Positions 9,507 through 19,578 are shown, counted from the first letter of the stretch. The stretch is DNA of 64,000 nucleotides from Gammaproteobacteria bacterium (GCA_036563665.1 DATCLY010000070.1:284-64283); one strand, 5' to 3'. A program made the numbers and translations. The notes: a model not told the origin generated them from the letters alone.

Positions 9507-10589
9507 ATGAGACGGCCGGCGGCAGCCCTTCTTTTGATCGTTGCGAGCGCACCGTTGCACGCGCAGTGGTTCGACTGGCGCTCTCCGCTCGTGCCGCGCA
9601 CGGCCGACGGGCGGCCGGACCTGAACGCGCCGGCGCCGAAGACGCCCGACGGCCGGCCCGACCTGACCGGTCTGTGGGTGCCCGAAGGCGCGCGCGGCAG
9701 CCTGTTCGACGAGTCGAAGATCCTCGGTTGGGCCCGTGACGCGATGGCCGAGAGGGAGCGGCGCTACTTCCAGGACGATCCGCGCTTTCATTGCCTGCCG
9801 AGCGGACCGAGCTCGTATCTCGCCGGGGCCTCGGTCGGCGGCACCCGCAGGATCGTGCAGCACCCGACTTTCATCGCCGTGCTGAATCCCGACATGACCT
9901 ATCGCGAGATCTTCATGGACGGCCGCGAGCTCGAGGACGAGCCGGTCCTGCCGACCTGGATGGGGTACTCCGCCGGCCGCTGGGAAGGCGACACTCTCGT
10001 CGTCGAGAGCAACGGCTACAACGACAAGACTTGGCTGACCCGCGAGGGGCTGCCGCACACCGAGCAGCTGCGGATCACGGAACGCTACACGCGGCTCGAC
10101 TACGGTCACATGAAGCTCGAGATCACGTACGAGGATCCCGGCACGTTCACGGAGCCCGTGCAGGCCATCGTCGATCTCGTGCATCGGCCGGACGGCGCGA
10201 TGCTCGAGGTGGTCTGCAACGAGTCGGAAACGGGGCGCCGTCATTACAGCGGGGATATCGAGCAGGCCGAGACGAAGGTCGTGGAGGTTCCCGAGGACGT
10301 GCTGCGCCGCTACGTCGGCACGTACCGGGGCACGTGGCTCGGCAACCGGATCACGGCCGTCGTCACCTTCGAGGACGGCGCGCTCTATGTCACGCGCTCC
10401 CCGCGCTATTCCGACACGGGCGGCAACACGGACTCGGACACGTCCCGTCTGATCCCGCAGTCCGAGAACGCGTTCGACAGCAGCTTCGGCCTCGGCTTCG
10501 TGTTCAACGTGAACGAGAACGGCGAGGTCGAGAGCGTATCGGAGGTGCACGTCTCCGGCGCGTGGGTGCTGCGGCGCGTAGAGCCGTAG
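9507..10589 (+). CDS. secreted uncharacterised protein, 'C-x-P-x-G / WEGDTLVV' paralog family, copy 1
   Basis: ATG 9507 follows GGGGGAG and gives the signal MRRPAAALLLIVASAPLHAQ. Family motifs present: FHCLPSGP, GYSAGRWEGDTLVVES, EDPGTFTEP. Confidence 0.8.
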   Translation: MRRPAAALLLIVASAPLHAQWFDWRSPLVPRTADGRPDLNAPAPKTPDGRPDLTGLWVPEGARGSLFDESKILGWARDAMAERERRYFQDDPRFHCLPSGPSSYLAGASVGGTRRIVQHPTFIAVLNPDMTYREIFMDGRELEDEPVLPTWMGYSAGRWEGDTLVVESNGYNDKTWLTREGLPHTEQLRITERYTRLDYGHMKLEITYEDPGTFTEPVQAIVDLVHRPDGAMLEVVCNESETGRRHYSGDIEQAETKVVEVPEDVLRRYVGTYRGTWLGNRITAVVTFEDGALYVTRSPRYSDTGGNTDSDTSRLIPQSENAFDSSFGLGFVFNVNENGEVESVSEVHVSGAWVLRRVEP

Positions 10590-10607
10590 CGGTGCCCCGG
10601 CGCACGA

Positions 10608-10625
10608 CCCGGCGGCTACGCCGGG
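10608..10625. terminator. GC hairpin (7-bp stem CCCGGCG/CGCCGGG, loop GCTA) between convergent genes; possible bidirectional terminator
   Basis: Read directly. There is no U-tract, so this is weak. Confidence 0.3.
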
Positions 10626-10656
10626 AACCCGCCGGCTCGCGCCGACGGGCCGCCCC

Positions 10657-13407
10657 TCAGAAGGTCTTGGTCAACCCGAACGAGAAGCTCCGTCCGCGCG
10701 AGTCGTAGACCTGGGGCAGCGCAAGCTGCGCACCCAGGAAAATCGGCGGGCGCTCGTCGTTGACGTTGTTCACCGCGAAGCGGAGCTCGAGCGGCCTGTC
10801 CGACGCGCCGACGGTCAGGCCGTACACCAGGTCCACCTGCACGTAGTCCTGGTTCGCTTGCAGCGGATGGTCGTCCGCCAGCGCGCTGTGCAGCATGCCC
10901 TCGATGAACCTGACCGTGGTCCGCGCGTACTGGGCGCCGCGCTGCCAGGTCAGGCTCACGTTGGCTTTGAGCTCCGGCGCCGCATCCGCGAAGACGTTGC
11001 TGTTGGTGCGGCCGAGACCGTCGACGACCGGCTGATCTTCCCGAATCTGGTAGTCGAACTTCGTCATGAACGCCGCGGCAGTCGCGAGCCGCAGAGCGCC
11101 CGCGCGACCGATGTCGAAGTCCCAATCGAGCGACAGGTCGAAGCCTTCGGTGTTCAATATCGAGAAGTTGTCGAAGATCAGGTCGATGTCGGTGAGCACG
11201 CCGGATTCGTCGAACGTGAGCCGGTCCGCGTGCGCCCCGGTCCTGACGTACTCCTCCACGACGAGCTGAGCAGACTCCTGGCCGGTGATGTCCCTGGTAT
11301 CGAACCGCCACCAGCCCACCGTCAAGGTCAGGCGGTCGGTCGCGCTCCAAGTGATTCCGGCGCTGTAGGCATCGGCCTTTTCCGGCTCGAGATTCGGGTT
11401 CGGCCGCGTGACGGTGCGTGGAAAGAGCGTATCGATGCCCGGCACGTTGACTGTGTCGGTCAAGCCGGCGCTCGTCGCGTACGTGGGCACGAGCCCCGGT
11501 GCCTTGAACGACTTGCCGTATGTAGCCCGCACGATGAGGTTGTCGGTCGCGTCCCACAGCATCCCGATCTTCGGCACGACCGCCTCGATCCCTTCGCCGT
11601 AGTCCTCGTAACGGCCGGCGAGCTGCAGCTCGAGGGTGGAGGTGGCAGGCACCAGGAACTCGAAGAACAACGCGTGCGAGTCGCGATTCGCATCGAACGG
11701 CACCTCGCGGTTGCCGGCGAACTCGCCCGCAAGCGTCAACGGGTCGAAATCGTTCTTCATCGCCTCGTTGCGAAACTCGTAGCCGACCGCGACGCTCACC
11801 TCTCCGGCCCGCGTCTCCGCGATGTCGCCCGTGATGACGCCCGTAGCGGTGACGAGGCGCGACCGGGAGATGTTCTCCGCAAACGGGGTCATGAAGTCGA
11901 TGAGCGCCGGGTCGTTGTGCTCCGGGTCGCCGGGGCTCGCGAGATACTGCGATCCGAACGGGTTGTAGTATCTGCAGTCGCCGACCCCCGGCGTGCCGGT
12001 GTTTGGGTCGCAGCCGAAGCCGCCCAGTCCGAGCAACGCGTTGGCCACGCGCTCGGGGACGACTCCCCGGTTCTGCGCGAACGCTTCGTTCACGGACCAG
12101 GTGAGCTTCGTGTCCCAGCGCCAGTTGCTGCCCGGCGCGAAGTCGCCGTCGGCGAACAGGGCTACGCGCCAGGTGTCGCTGCTCGCGGTGAAGACGTTCG
12201 TACGATCCGGGCCGGCCGCGGGCCCGAGGATCGATCCCCGAAACAGAACGTCACCGCCGAACGGGTTCGCCGGGTGACTCGCGGGAACCAGCGACTCCGG
12301 CGCGGCGCCCGCATAGCCGGCCGCGCGTTGGAAATCGGAGCGCGTGAACCCGAGCTCCATCCCGATGTCGAGCGACTCGGCGACGCCGTGGTCGATGCGC
12401 GCGTACACGCTGGTGCGATCGACGGACGAAATGGCGGCGCGGCCGAGCCGGCCGTCCAACCGGCAGATCTGATCATTGTTCGCCGGCGAGCCCTGGAATC
12501 CCGGCACGCCGGCGACCGTCCCTTCCCCGAGCCGCGGATCGCCGCACAGCGGATCGCGGATCAGCCGATTCTCCCGTCCCGGCGGCACCAGCTCGTTGTA
12601 GGCCTGTCCCGGGATCAGCCGAAAGCTGCCCGGGCTGCCGTTCGCGCCGAGCTGCGGGTTCGCCTGGTTGAACGCGTAGACGTCGGGGTGGCTCAAGTAA
12701 TCGAACGGATCGCGCTCGAGCTGCTCGAATGCGAACAGCACGTGCGAGGTCTCCGTGCCGTGCCCGAGCAGGCCGGCGACGAGGCGCTCGTTCTGCCCTC
12801 CTACGTCGGTTTGCTGCCAGCTCGCTTGCAGCTCGATGCCTTCGAAGTCGTTGCGCGTAATGAAGTTCACCACGCCCGCGACCGCGTCCGTGCCGTACAG
12901 CGCCGATGCGCCGTCCTTGAGCACCTCCACGCGCTCGATCGCGATGGCCGGCATCAGGGAGTTCACGTCGAACGTCACCACGCCGTCGCGGTTCGGCTGT
13001 GCGTTGTTCACGGACCGGCCGCCGTTCAGCAGCACCAGCGTCGCGCGCGGCCCGAGCGAACGCAGATTGATCGGCGCGGAGGTGGAGGTGCCCATGCCCG
13101 TGCCGAAGCTCGTGAACACGTCGCTGCCGTTGAACGCCGGATCCGCGTGCAGCACCTCGGCGATCGAGGAGCGCGGCGTGAAAGCGAGCTCCTGCTGGGT
13201 GAGGATCGTGAGCGGGCTCGAGGAATCTTCCGCGCGCCGCAGATAGGAGCCGGTGACGACGACTTCCTCCACCCCGCCGCGATCCGCGTCCTGCGCGGCG
13301 GCGGGTTCGTAGGCCGCCGATAGCGCGAGCCCGAGCGTCGGCAAGGCTGCGGATGCGGATGAACGTCGGAGCAGCGAGCGGCGCGAGAGCCGCGGCGAGC
13401 GTTTCAT
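10657..13407 (-). CDS. TonB-dependent receptor
   Basis: 916 aa. The signal peptide is followed by a plug-like EEVVVTGSYLRR...PLTILT...INLRSLGPRATLVLLNGGR. The C-terminus ends in aromatic ...FSFGLTKTF. Confidence 0.92.
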   Translation of the reverse strand: MKRSPRLSRRSLLRRSSASAALPTLGLALSAAYEPAAAQDADRGGVEEVVVTGSYLRRAEDSSSPLTILTQQELAFTPRSSIAEVLHADPAFNGSDVFTSFGTGMGTSTSAPINLRSLGPRATLVLLNGGRSVNNAQPNRDGVVTFDVNSLMPAIAIERVEVLKDGASALYGTDAVAGVVNFITRNDFEGIELQASWQQTDVGGQNERLVAGLLGHGTETSHVLFAFEQLERDPFDYLSHPDVYAFNQANPQLGANGSPGSFRLIPGQAYNELVPPGRENRLIRDPLCGDPRLGEGTVAGVPGFQGSPANNDQICRLDGRLGRAAISSVDRTSVYARIDHGVAESLDIGMELGFTRSDFQRAAGYAGAAPESLVPASHPANPFGGDVLFRGSILGPAAGPDRTNVFTASSDTWRVALFADGDFAPGSNWRWDTKLTWSVNEAFAQNRGVVPERVANALLGLGGFGCDPNTGTPGVGDCRYYNPFGSQYLASPGDPEHNDPALIDFMTPFAENISRSRLVTATGVITGDIAETRAGEVSVAVGYEFRNEAMKNDFDPLTLAGEFAGNREVPFDANRDSHALFFEFLVPATSTLELQLAGRYEDYGEGIEAVVPKIGMLWDATDNLIVRATYGKSFKAPGLVPTYATSAGLTDTVNVPGIDTLFPRTVTRPNPNLEPEKADAYSAGITWSATDRLTLTVGWWRFDTRDITGQESAQLVVEEYVRTGAHADRLTFDESGVLTDIDLIFDNFSILNTEGFDLSLDWDFDIGRAGALRLATAAAFMTKFDYQIREDQPVVDGLGRTNSNVFADAAPELKANVSLTWQRGAQYARTTVRFIEGMLHSALADDHPLQANQDYVQVDLVYGLTVGASDRPLELRFAVNNVNDERPPIFLGAQLALPQVYDSRGRSFSFGLTKTF

Positions 13408-13449
13408 ACCCTCGATCCCCCTTAACGACCTTCGACCCTTGCGGTCGCG

Positions 13450-13480
13450 TTTATATTATAATATTAGTATCTTTTAGTTG
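13450..13480 (-). promoter_or_regulatory. AT-rich promoter/operator box upstream of the TonB receptor (TATTATAATATTAGTAT; palindromic core TAATATTA)
   Basis: This is the only AT-rich stretch for kilobases. On the minus strand it contains TATAAT about 45 nt upstream of ATG 13407. It shares the 9-mer ATAATATTA and flanks with the box at 15040-15062. Confidence 0.55.
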
Positions 13481-14967
13481 CACGCGGCTCGATCGCCGCC
13501 CGCTGCGCCGGCGTTGCGGTCCCGCGCGGCGTCGATGGGCGGCTGCGGCGACAACGGCGACAGGTCGCGCCCGACGAGCCCGGGATGATCGGGCGGCACG
13601 CGGGTCGCCCGGAACAAGGAGAACGGATTGGCGCGCGCAGTGGCGGTGCCGCTCCTCGTGCCGCAGAACGGCGACCAGTACTCCCAGACGATCGTGCCGT
13701 CCGGCCGCACCTCGAAGATCCGCCCCTGCGGTCCCGAGCTGATCAGCGTGTTGCCGGAGCTCAGCCGTTCCGCGCCCGAGATGAACGTCGCGTGCAACGT
13801 GTCTCTCGCCGAATAGGTCCAGACGGGATCTTGCGGACCGAACGGGCCGTTCGCCGGCAGCCGATAGCGGCCTTGCCCGTCGACCGGCGGCGCGATCTCG
13901 TACACTTGCGTGTAGCTTCCGGTCGGGCTCGGCGTTCGATTGCTGAACACGGTGATGTTGCCCGCGCCCGGTCGGCCCTCCGGAATCCAGCGGGCGTCGT
14001 GCTGGAAGCCGAGCTTCCGATCCGCCTCCCCGCCGCGCCGATAGACCTGAGGGTTCCCCCACCGATATAGCAGCCGGCCGCCGACGCCGGAGCGTCCGCC
14101 GTGTCCGCTCGCGGCCTCCTCCGTGGTCGTGCTGTGGTCGATGACCCAGATCTCGTTGAACGTCGGCGAGCTGATGATCAGCTGGTCGAGCTCGGGGCTA
14201 TACGCGACGGAATTGATGTGAAAGATGTCGCGTATCGGCTGCTCCGGCGGCTCGGTCATGCCGATCGTGTCCCCGTTGACGTCGATCAGCTCCGGGTGGT
14301 CGGCGGGATCGCCGTAGCCCTCGAGGCTCGGGTCGATGTCCTGGACGAGGTGATCCCATGCATGCCACTCCCAGACGATTCGAGCGCCGTGCGGCGGTTG
14401 CGGCTCGAGCTCGATCAGCACGTCGCCCCATACGCCGTCCGGGGGAATGAACTCCGGCCGTCGTCCGGCCCGGCGTGCTTCCTCGGCGCTCTTGCGCTCC
14501 CAGACCACGGCGACGATGTTGCCGTTGGGCAGGACGGCCACGTCGTGATGCGGCAACCGATCCGCCGTGTTGAGGGAGAAGTCCCAGACGAGGTTGCCGT
14601 CGAGGTCGAACTGCTGAAAGCGGCCGCCTTGGCCCCCGCCGAAGAATCCGTGCGTCTCGGGCTCTCGGCCGCCGCGAAGCACATGACCGTTGTCGAGCAT
14701 GTAGACCCATGCGCCCGACAGGAAATCGCTGGTCCACGTGCGCACCACGCGGCCTTCGAGATCGATCAGATAGGTGACGTAGGAATTGAGGGGAGCTAAC
14801 AGTGTGTAGCCGGGCGTCGCTTCCGGCGTCACCAGCCGGATGCCGCGCTGCTCCGTGTCGGCCGACGAGGCGGGCGCTTCCTGGCCGCCGGCGACGGGGA
14901 CAGCCGTCAGGAGCCAGCCGATCAGCAGGATGACGAACGAGCGGTTCGCTGAGGCATTCGCGGTCAT
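13474..14967 (-). CDS. arylsulfotransferase (ASST) family protein, secreted
   Basis: This is track ORF 13474..15069. The start is placed at ATG 14967, giving MTANASANRSFVILLIGWLLTAVPVAGG. The sequence GYTLLAPLNSYVTYLIDLEGRVVRTWTSDF...MLDNGHVLRGG...PHHDVAVLPNGNIV...IWVIDHSTT is ASST beta-propeller-like. Confidence 0.75.
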   Translation of the reverse strand: MTANASANRSFVILLIGWLLTAVPVAGGQEAPASSADTEQRGIRLVTPEATPGYTLLAPLNSYVTYLIDLEGRVVRTWTSDFLSGAWVYMLDNGHVLRGGREPETHGFFGGGQGGRFQQFDLDGNLVWDFSLNTADRLPHHDVAVLPNGNIVAVVWERKSAEEARRAGRRPEFIPPDGVWGDVLIELEPQPPHGARIVWEWHAWDHLVQDIDPSLEGYGDPADHPELIDVNGDTIGMTEPPEQPIRDIFHINSVAYSPELDQLIISSPTFNEIWVIDHSTTTEEAASGHGGRSGVGGRLLYRWGNPQVYRRGGEADRKLGFQHDARWIPEGRPGAGNITVFSNRTPSPTGSYTQVYEIAPPVDGQGRYRLPANGPFGPQDPVWTYSARDTLHATFISGAERLSSGNTLISSGPQGRIFEVRPDGTIVWEYWSPFCGTRSGTATARANPFSLFRATRVPPDHPGLVGRDLSPLSPQPPIDAARDRNAGAAGGDRAACN

Positions 14968-15039
14968 GGCGGTGTCCCCGTGAGTCCGCGCGTCGCTGCA
15001 CGGCGGAGTCGTCGTCGCACGGCTGCACATTCGATCGCC

Positions 15040-15062
15040 AAATATAATAATATTATGATATA
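15040..15062. promoter_or_regulatory. AT-rich divergent promoter/operator box (TATAATAATATTATGATATAG; same TAATATTA core)
   Basis: It lies between the ASST start (14967, -) and the sulfatase start (15087, +). TATAAT lies 39 nt upstream of ATG 15087. Confidence 0.55.
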
Positions 15063-15086
15063 GCCGCAACGCCTTCGGGAGGGGAC

Positions 15087-16745
15087 ATGGCGCAACTGAC
15101 CCGAAAGGAATTCATCAAGCGTGCGGGCGCGAGCGCGGCCGCTCTGATGGCGAGCTCCGTGCTGCCCGGCTTCGGGAGTCGGCCTGCTCGGGCTCAACCG
15201 TCGACGGGTCGGCCAAACATCCTGTTCATCTGCATGGATCAGCTTCGCTCATGGCTCGATTTGCCGCAGGAGCTACCGCTGCCCGCGCATCGCCGCTTGC
15301 TCGACGAAGGACGCGCTTTTCGCTTCTACCATGTCCATCAGGCGCCGTGCGCACCGTCGCGATCGAGCTTCTATACCGGCCAGCACATCCAGAAGACCGG
15401 GATCTATACGAATCCGCCGAGCGTCTTCGCGGAGATCACGCCGGGGGAGGACGTCGCGCTCGAGCTGCCGCTCGGCTTTCCGACCATCGGCACGCTGTTG
15501 CGCGAGCAGGGCTATTACACCGCGTACAAGGGCAAGTGGCACTTGAGCGTGGTCAACCAGCGCGCGCAGGCGGCCGCCGGCCGCGGCCGCTATCCGATCG
15601 CAACCGATATGCTCGAGGGTTACGGATTCTCGGACTACAACCATGACGGCGAGCACGCCGGACTGAGCTGGGAGGGTTTCACGCACGACGAATTCATCGC
15701 GGCGGATGCGATCAACCTGCTGCGTCGCCTTGCGTCCGGCCGTTCCGAGGGGCGGCCTTGGTTCCTCGCGGTGAACTTCATCAACCCGCACGACATCATG
15801 TACTTCGACGCGGCCGGCCGAGGCGGAATCAACCGTGGAGCGCCGATGCTCGGCGCGCCCGGGGTGCCGCTGTACGACCAGCAATGGGATTTCCCGCTGC
15901 CGCGCAGCTACTACGAGGACGATCTCTCCACGAAACCTCGCGTCCACCGTCCGGCGAACGACCTGGACGAAGCAGGCTGGCTGCGGTACCAGAACTACTA
16001 CTTCAATTGCATTCGTGACGTCGACCGCCACATCGCGAAGGTGCTCGACGAGGTCGACCGTCTCGGCCTCGCCGACAGCACCATCGTCGTCCTCACCTCC
16101 GACCACGGCGAGCGCGGTGGCGCGCATGGAGGGATGCGCGGCAAGGGCGCGGACATCTACAAGGAAACCGTGCGCGTCCCGTTGATCGTGCGCCATCCGG
16201 ACGTGTCCGAAGCGGGCCTGACGGACGCGCTCGCCTCCGGCATCGATCTGGCGCCGACGCTGCTCGGGTTTGCCGGGCTCGACGACGCCGCTCGCGCGGA
16301 GCGCTATCCGTTCCTGCATGGCATCGACCTGGGGCCGGTGATCGCCGACCCCCGAGCGCGTACCGAGCGAGACCGGCTCGGGATTCTGTTCAACTACGGT
16401 ACGCCGGGCGCTGCCGTGACGCCCGACGGGCCGGCCGAAGGAAACACCGATCGCGCGCTGATTCGTGGCGTGTTCGACGGCCGGTACAAGTTTGGGCGTT
16501 ATTTCAGGGTGACGGAGCACCACAAGCCCCTGGATTGGGATACGCTTGTCGCCCACAACGATTTGGAGCTCTACGACACCGCAGCGGATCCCGACGAGCT
16601 GATCAACCTCGCCTATCGGCCGGAGGCGCACGAGGAGCTCATCCTCGCGCTGAACGCGAAGGTGAACGCGCTCATGGACCGGGAGGTAGGCGTCGACGAC
16701 GGCTCGATGTACCCTGGAGACACCGCGCTCTACAACAGGATCTAG
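15087..16745 (+). CDS. Cys-type sulfatase (arylsulfatase family) with Tat-like signal
   Basis: The N-terminus is MAQLTRKEFIKRAGASAAALMASS. It has NILFICMDQLR and the formylglycine motif C-A-P-S-R (APCAPSRSSFYTGQ). Further motifs are LTSDHGE and GKG. Confidence 0.9.
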   Translation: MAQLTRKEFIKRAGASAAALMASSVLPGFGSRPARAQPSTGRPNILFICMDQLRSWLDLPQELPLPAHRRLLDEGRAFRFYHVHQAPCAPSRSSFYTGQHIQKTGIYTNPPSVFAEITPGEDVALELPLGFPTIGTLLREQGYYTAYKGKWHLSVVNQRAQAAAGRGRYPIATDMLEGYGFSDYNHDGEHAGLSWEGFTHDEFIAADAINLLRRLASGRSEGRPWFLAVNFINPHDIMYFDAAGRGGINRGAPMLGAPGVPLYDQQWDFPLPRSYYEDDLSTKPRVHRPANDLDEAGWLRYQNYYFNCIRDVDRHIAKVLDEVDRLGLADSTIVVLTSDHGERGGAHGGMRGKGADIYKETVRVPLIVRHPDVSEAGLTDALASGIDLAPTLLGFAGLDDAARAERYPFLHGIDLGPVIADPRARTERDRLGILFNYGTPGAAVTPDGPAEGNTDRALIRGVFDGRYKFGRYFRVTEHHKPLDWDTLVAHNDLELYDTAADPDELINLAYRPEAHEELILALNAKVNALMDREVGVDDGSMYPGDTALYNRI

Positions 16746-16809
16746 GCCGCGTCGACCGCGTCGAGAGCGGAGGCTTGCACGAGAGCCGGCGCATTTTACC
16801 GTCCACCGA

Positions 16810-17595
16810 ATGACAAACAGATCATCCAGAGGCCGGCGGCCGCGGCGCCAAGGGCTGGCAGCCGAAGGAGGCACGCACACCCTCAAGCGCGAGTCCATCG
16901 CGACCCGAATCGTGTCCCGCGTGATCGAGCTGCTGTTGAACAAGGAGCTCGGCGTCGGCAGCTTCCTCGGGACCGAGGCGAGCATCACCGAGACGTTCGG
17001 GGTGAGCCGGTTCCCGGCGCGCGAGGCGCTGAGCCGCCTCGAGGCGCTCGGAATCGTCGAGATCAAACGCGGCAGTGGCGGGGGCATCAGCATCGCCAAA
17101 GGCAACCCGGACCACTTCGCGAAGTTTCTCGCTGTTCACTTCCTGCTGGCAGACATCACCCTCGAGGAGCTGTTCGAAGCCCGGCTGGCGATCGTTCCCA
17201 AGGCGGCCGAGCATGCCGCGCGGCGCGCCACCCCCGAGGACGTTGCGGCGCTCACGGGCCATCTGGACGATCTCGTGCGGCTGCGGAGCGATTTCGATGC
17301 CGCATTGCAATCGTTGCTCGATTTTCACGCGAAGCTAGTGGAGCTGTCGAACCTGCGCACGTTGACGGCGCTCAACCACAGCCTCTCCTACCTCCTGAGG
17401 GACGTACATCAGCGCTATCCCCCGCCGATCCTCGTGACGTCACGCGACGTCAATACGTATGCAGGCCTCAAGCATTTGCGTAACGTGGTGAGCAAGATCG
17501 CCGCCGGCGACGCCCAGGGCGCGGCGGACGTGATGCGCCTCGCGATCACGGAGCACAAGAAGGCCGTGTTGGCGCTAGCTAAGGCCGGGCGCTGA
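16810..17595 (+). CDS. GntR family transcriptional regulator (FadR/FCD subfamily)
   Basis: The winged HTH reads LGTEASITETFGVSRFPAREALSRLEALGIVEIKRGSGGGISI. It is followed by an all-helical FCD-like C-terminal domain. Confidence 0.85.
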   Translation: MTNRSSRGRRPRRQGLAAEGGTHTLKRESIATRIVSRVIELLLNKELGVGSFLGTEASITETFGVSRFPAREALSRLEALGIVEIKRGSGGGISIAKGNPDHFAKFLAVHFLLADITLEELFEARLAIVPKAAEHAARRATPEDVAALTGHLDDLVRLRSDFDAALQSLLDFHAKLVELSNLRTLTALNHSLSYLLRDVHQRYPPPILVTSRDVNTYAGLKHLRNVVSKIAAGDAQGAADVMRLAITEHKKAVLALAKAGR

Positions 17596-18826
17596 CGAGG
17601 CGGCCGGGAGCGAGCGACTGGCCGCGTTGGGACACGCGGTGCAGCGCGATAGCCGCCGCGACCGAAGCGACGAAGAAGAGCAACAGTCCCAGGCGATAGT
17701 GCCCGGTCGCGTCATACAGCGACGCGAGGATCACCGGGCCGAGGCCGGCGCCGATCGCCCAGAAACCGGTGAGCGTCGGCAGCGTGACGTCGACGTTCCG
17801 GGGGCCGTAACAATGCTTTGCGAGGACCGCCGCCTGGGGCACGAGACCGCCATGCGCGATGCCGCGCAGCGCCGTGAACAGAAGCAGCGTCGGCAGCCCT
17901 CCCAGCGGGAGCGCCGTCAGGATCGACAAGGCGAGGAGCAGGTACCATGCCGCCGCGCCCCGCACCGACCACACGTCGTAGACTCTGCCGGCCGCGATCT
18001 TCGCCACGACACCGAGGCCGAAGATCGCCGCGAGGCTCCCCGCGGCATGGCCCGAGGTCATGCCCGCTTCGCGTTCGATCAGCAGCGCCGTGTGCTGAAA
18101 TACGCCGGCGTCGGCGGCGGCCGCCGTCATCAAACAGACGGCGACGACCCAGAATGTCGCCCGCCGGAGTGGCGCCGACGGCTGGCCGTCGTCGAGCGAC
18201 GCCAGGGGCCTGGGGGCATCCCCGGCTTCGACCAGCAACTCGTCGTGACGCGGGGTCTCGCGAGCCTTCCACAGGTAGAGCGGCAACGCGATCGCCCAAA
18301 TCGACAGCGATAGCGCCGCCAGGGCCTGTCTCCAACCATAGAGCTCGATGAGCTCGGTTGCGAGCAGCGGGAAGACGAGCCCACCGGCGCTCGTCCCAGC
18401 CAGCGTGATGCCGATGGCGAAGCCCTGGTTGCGTATGAACCATCGCGAGACGAGCACGTTGACGGCGATCATCACGCTCGCGACGCCGCAGCCGAGCAAG
18501 ACACCGGCCGCGTAATAGCTCGCGAGCGAACGCACCCCGAGGAACGCGAGCATGCCTGCCGCCGTCACGACCAGCGCGGCGATCATGACGGCCCGCAAGC
18601 CGAAACGCAGGAGCAGGGGCCCGAGGAGCAGCGCGATGACGGCGGATGCGGTGTTCTTGAACGTGAAGAGCAACGTGGTTGCGGTGCGCGACCAGCCCAG
18701 CTCGTCGATCACCGGGCCGTAGATCAGCGGCATGGTTGCGGTGGACGCGCCGAACGCCAGCGCGATGCAAACGAAGCCGACGGCCACCATCGTCCAACCA
18801 CGGAACTCCGGGCGTCGCCAGGGCAT
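17579..18826 (-). CDS. MFS transporter
   Basis: 415 aa with about 12 hydrophobic segments. Its 3' end overlaps the convergent GntR gene by 17 nt. Confidence 0.8.
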   Translation of the reverse strand: MPWRRPEFRGWTMVAVGFVCIALAFGASTATMPLIYGPVIDELGWSRTATTLLFTFKNTASAVIALLLGPLLLRFGLRAVMIAALVVTAAGMLAFLGVRSLASYYAAGVLLGCGVASVMIAVNVLVSRWFIRNQGFAIGITLAGTSAGGLVFPLLATELIELYGWRQALAALSLSIWAIALPLYLWKARETPRHDELLVEAGDAPRPLASLDDGQPSAPLRRATFWVVAVCLMTAAAADAGVFQHTALLIEREAGMTSGHAAGSLAAIFGLGVVAKIAAGRVYDVWSVRGAAAWYLLLALSILTALPLGGLPTLLLFTALRGIAHGGLVPQAAVLAKHCYGPRNVDVTLPTLTGFWAIGAGLGPVILASLYDATGHYRLGLLLFFVASVAAAIALHRVSQRGQSLAPGRLVSARP

Positions 18827-19053
18827 TCTCGACGAGGGGCCTGGTAGAGGTGCCGTGCCGCTCCGCGTTGCCGTCGGTGTTCTCCACGGTGAGTTTCACC
18901 AGATAGTAGAGCGCATGCGTCACAAACTTCCAGCGGGTGCCCTGTCGCGATCGTGCTCGACTCGATGCGATCGCCTCGGCCGAGGCAGCAGGATGCGCCG
19001 AGGGTGCCCATGGGAATCCACGCACGCGCTGCGCCGCGAGCAGCGCCGTTGCT

Positions 19054-19578
19054 TCACGCGGTGGGGGCCGCGGCGCTGCGCAAGATAGCTTCCGGGAGGG
19101 CGAGCAGATCCGTGACGCCGTAATCCTTGCCGCACTGGCTCAGCAGCGCCGTGAGCTGCCCGCGGTGATGAGCCTGGTGATTGAAGAAGTGGGTCACCGC
19201 GAGCCACATCTCGACGGAGCGCGGCGCGGGATTGCTGATGGTCACATAGTGGAGCGGGCCCGCCAGCACCTCGTCCGTCAATGTGGCCGCCCATTCCACG
19301 ATCTGCCGGTCGGTCTCGGCTCGCGCGCCTCGGAGCTCCTCGAAGTCGTGAAAGAGCTCCTGGTCGAGGCTCTTCACGGCGAACGGCTCACCGAGGAAGC
19401 GGCCCAGCCAGACCTTGTCCGCCAGCAGCAGGTGGTTCAGGGTTCCGTGGATCGATTTGAAGAACGCGCCGCGATCCCGGCGCCGCTCGTCGTCCGGCAG
19501 CTCCGCGCAGACGGCATACATCCGGCCGTTCATCCACTCGTTGTACGCGGCCATGAGACGAGCCTGTTCGGGTCGCAT
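19054..19578 (-). CDS. DinB family protein
   Basis: This is track ORF 19054..19635, which starts at a TTG. ATG 19578 follows GGGAGG. The sequence AYNEWMNGRMY...HGTLNHLLLADKVWLGRF...FFNHQAHHRGQLTALL is typical DinB. Confidence 0.8.
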   Translation of the reverse strand: MRPEQARLMAAYNEWMNGRMYAVCAELPDDERRRDRGAFFKSIHGTLNHLLLADKVWLGRFLGEPFAVKSLDQELFHDFEELRGARAETDRQIVEWAATLTDEVLAGPLHYVTISNPAPRSVEMWLAVTHFFNHQAHHRGQLTALLSQCGKDYGVTDLLALPEAILRSAAAPTA

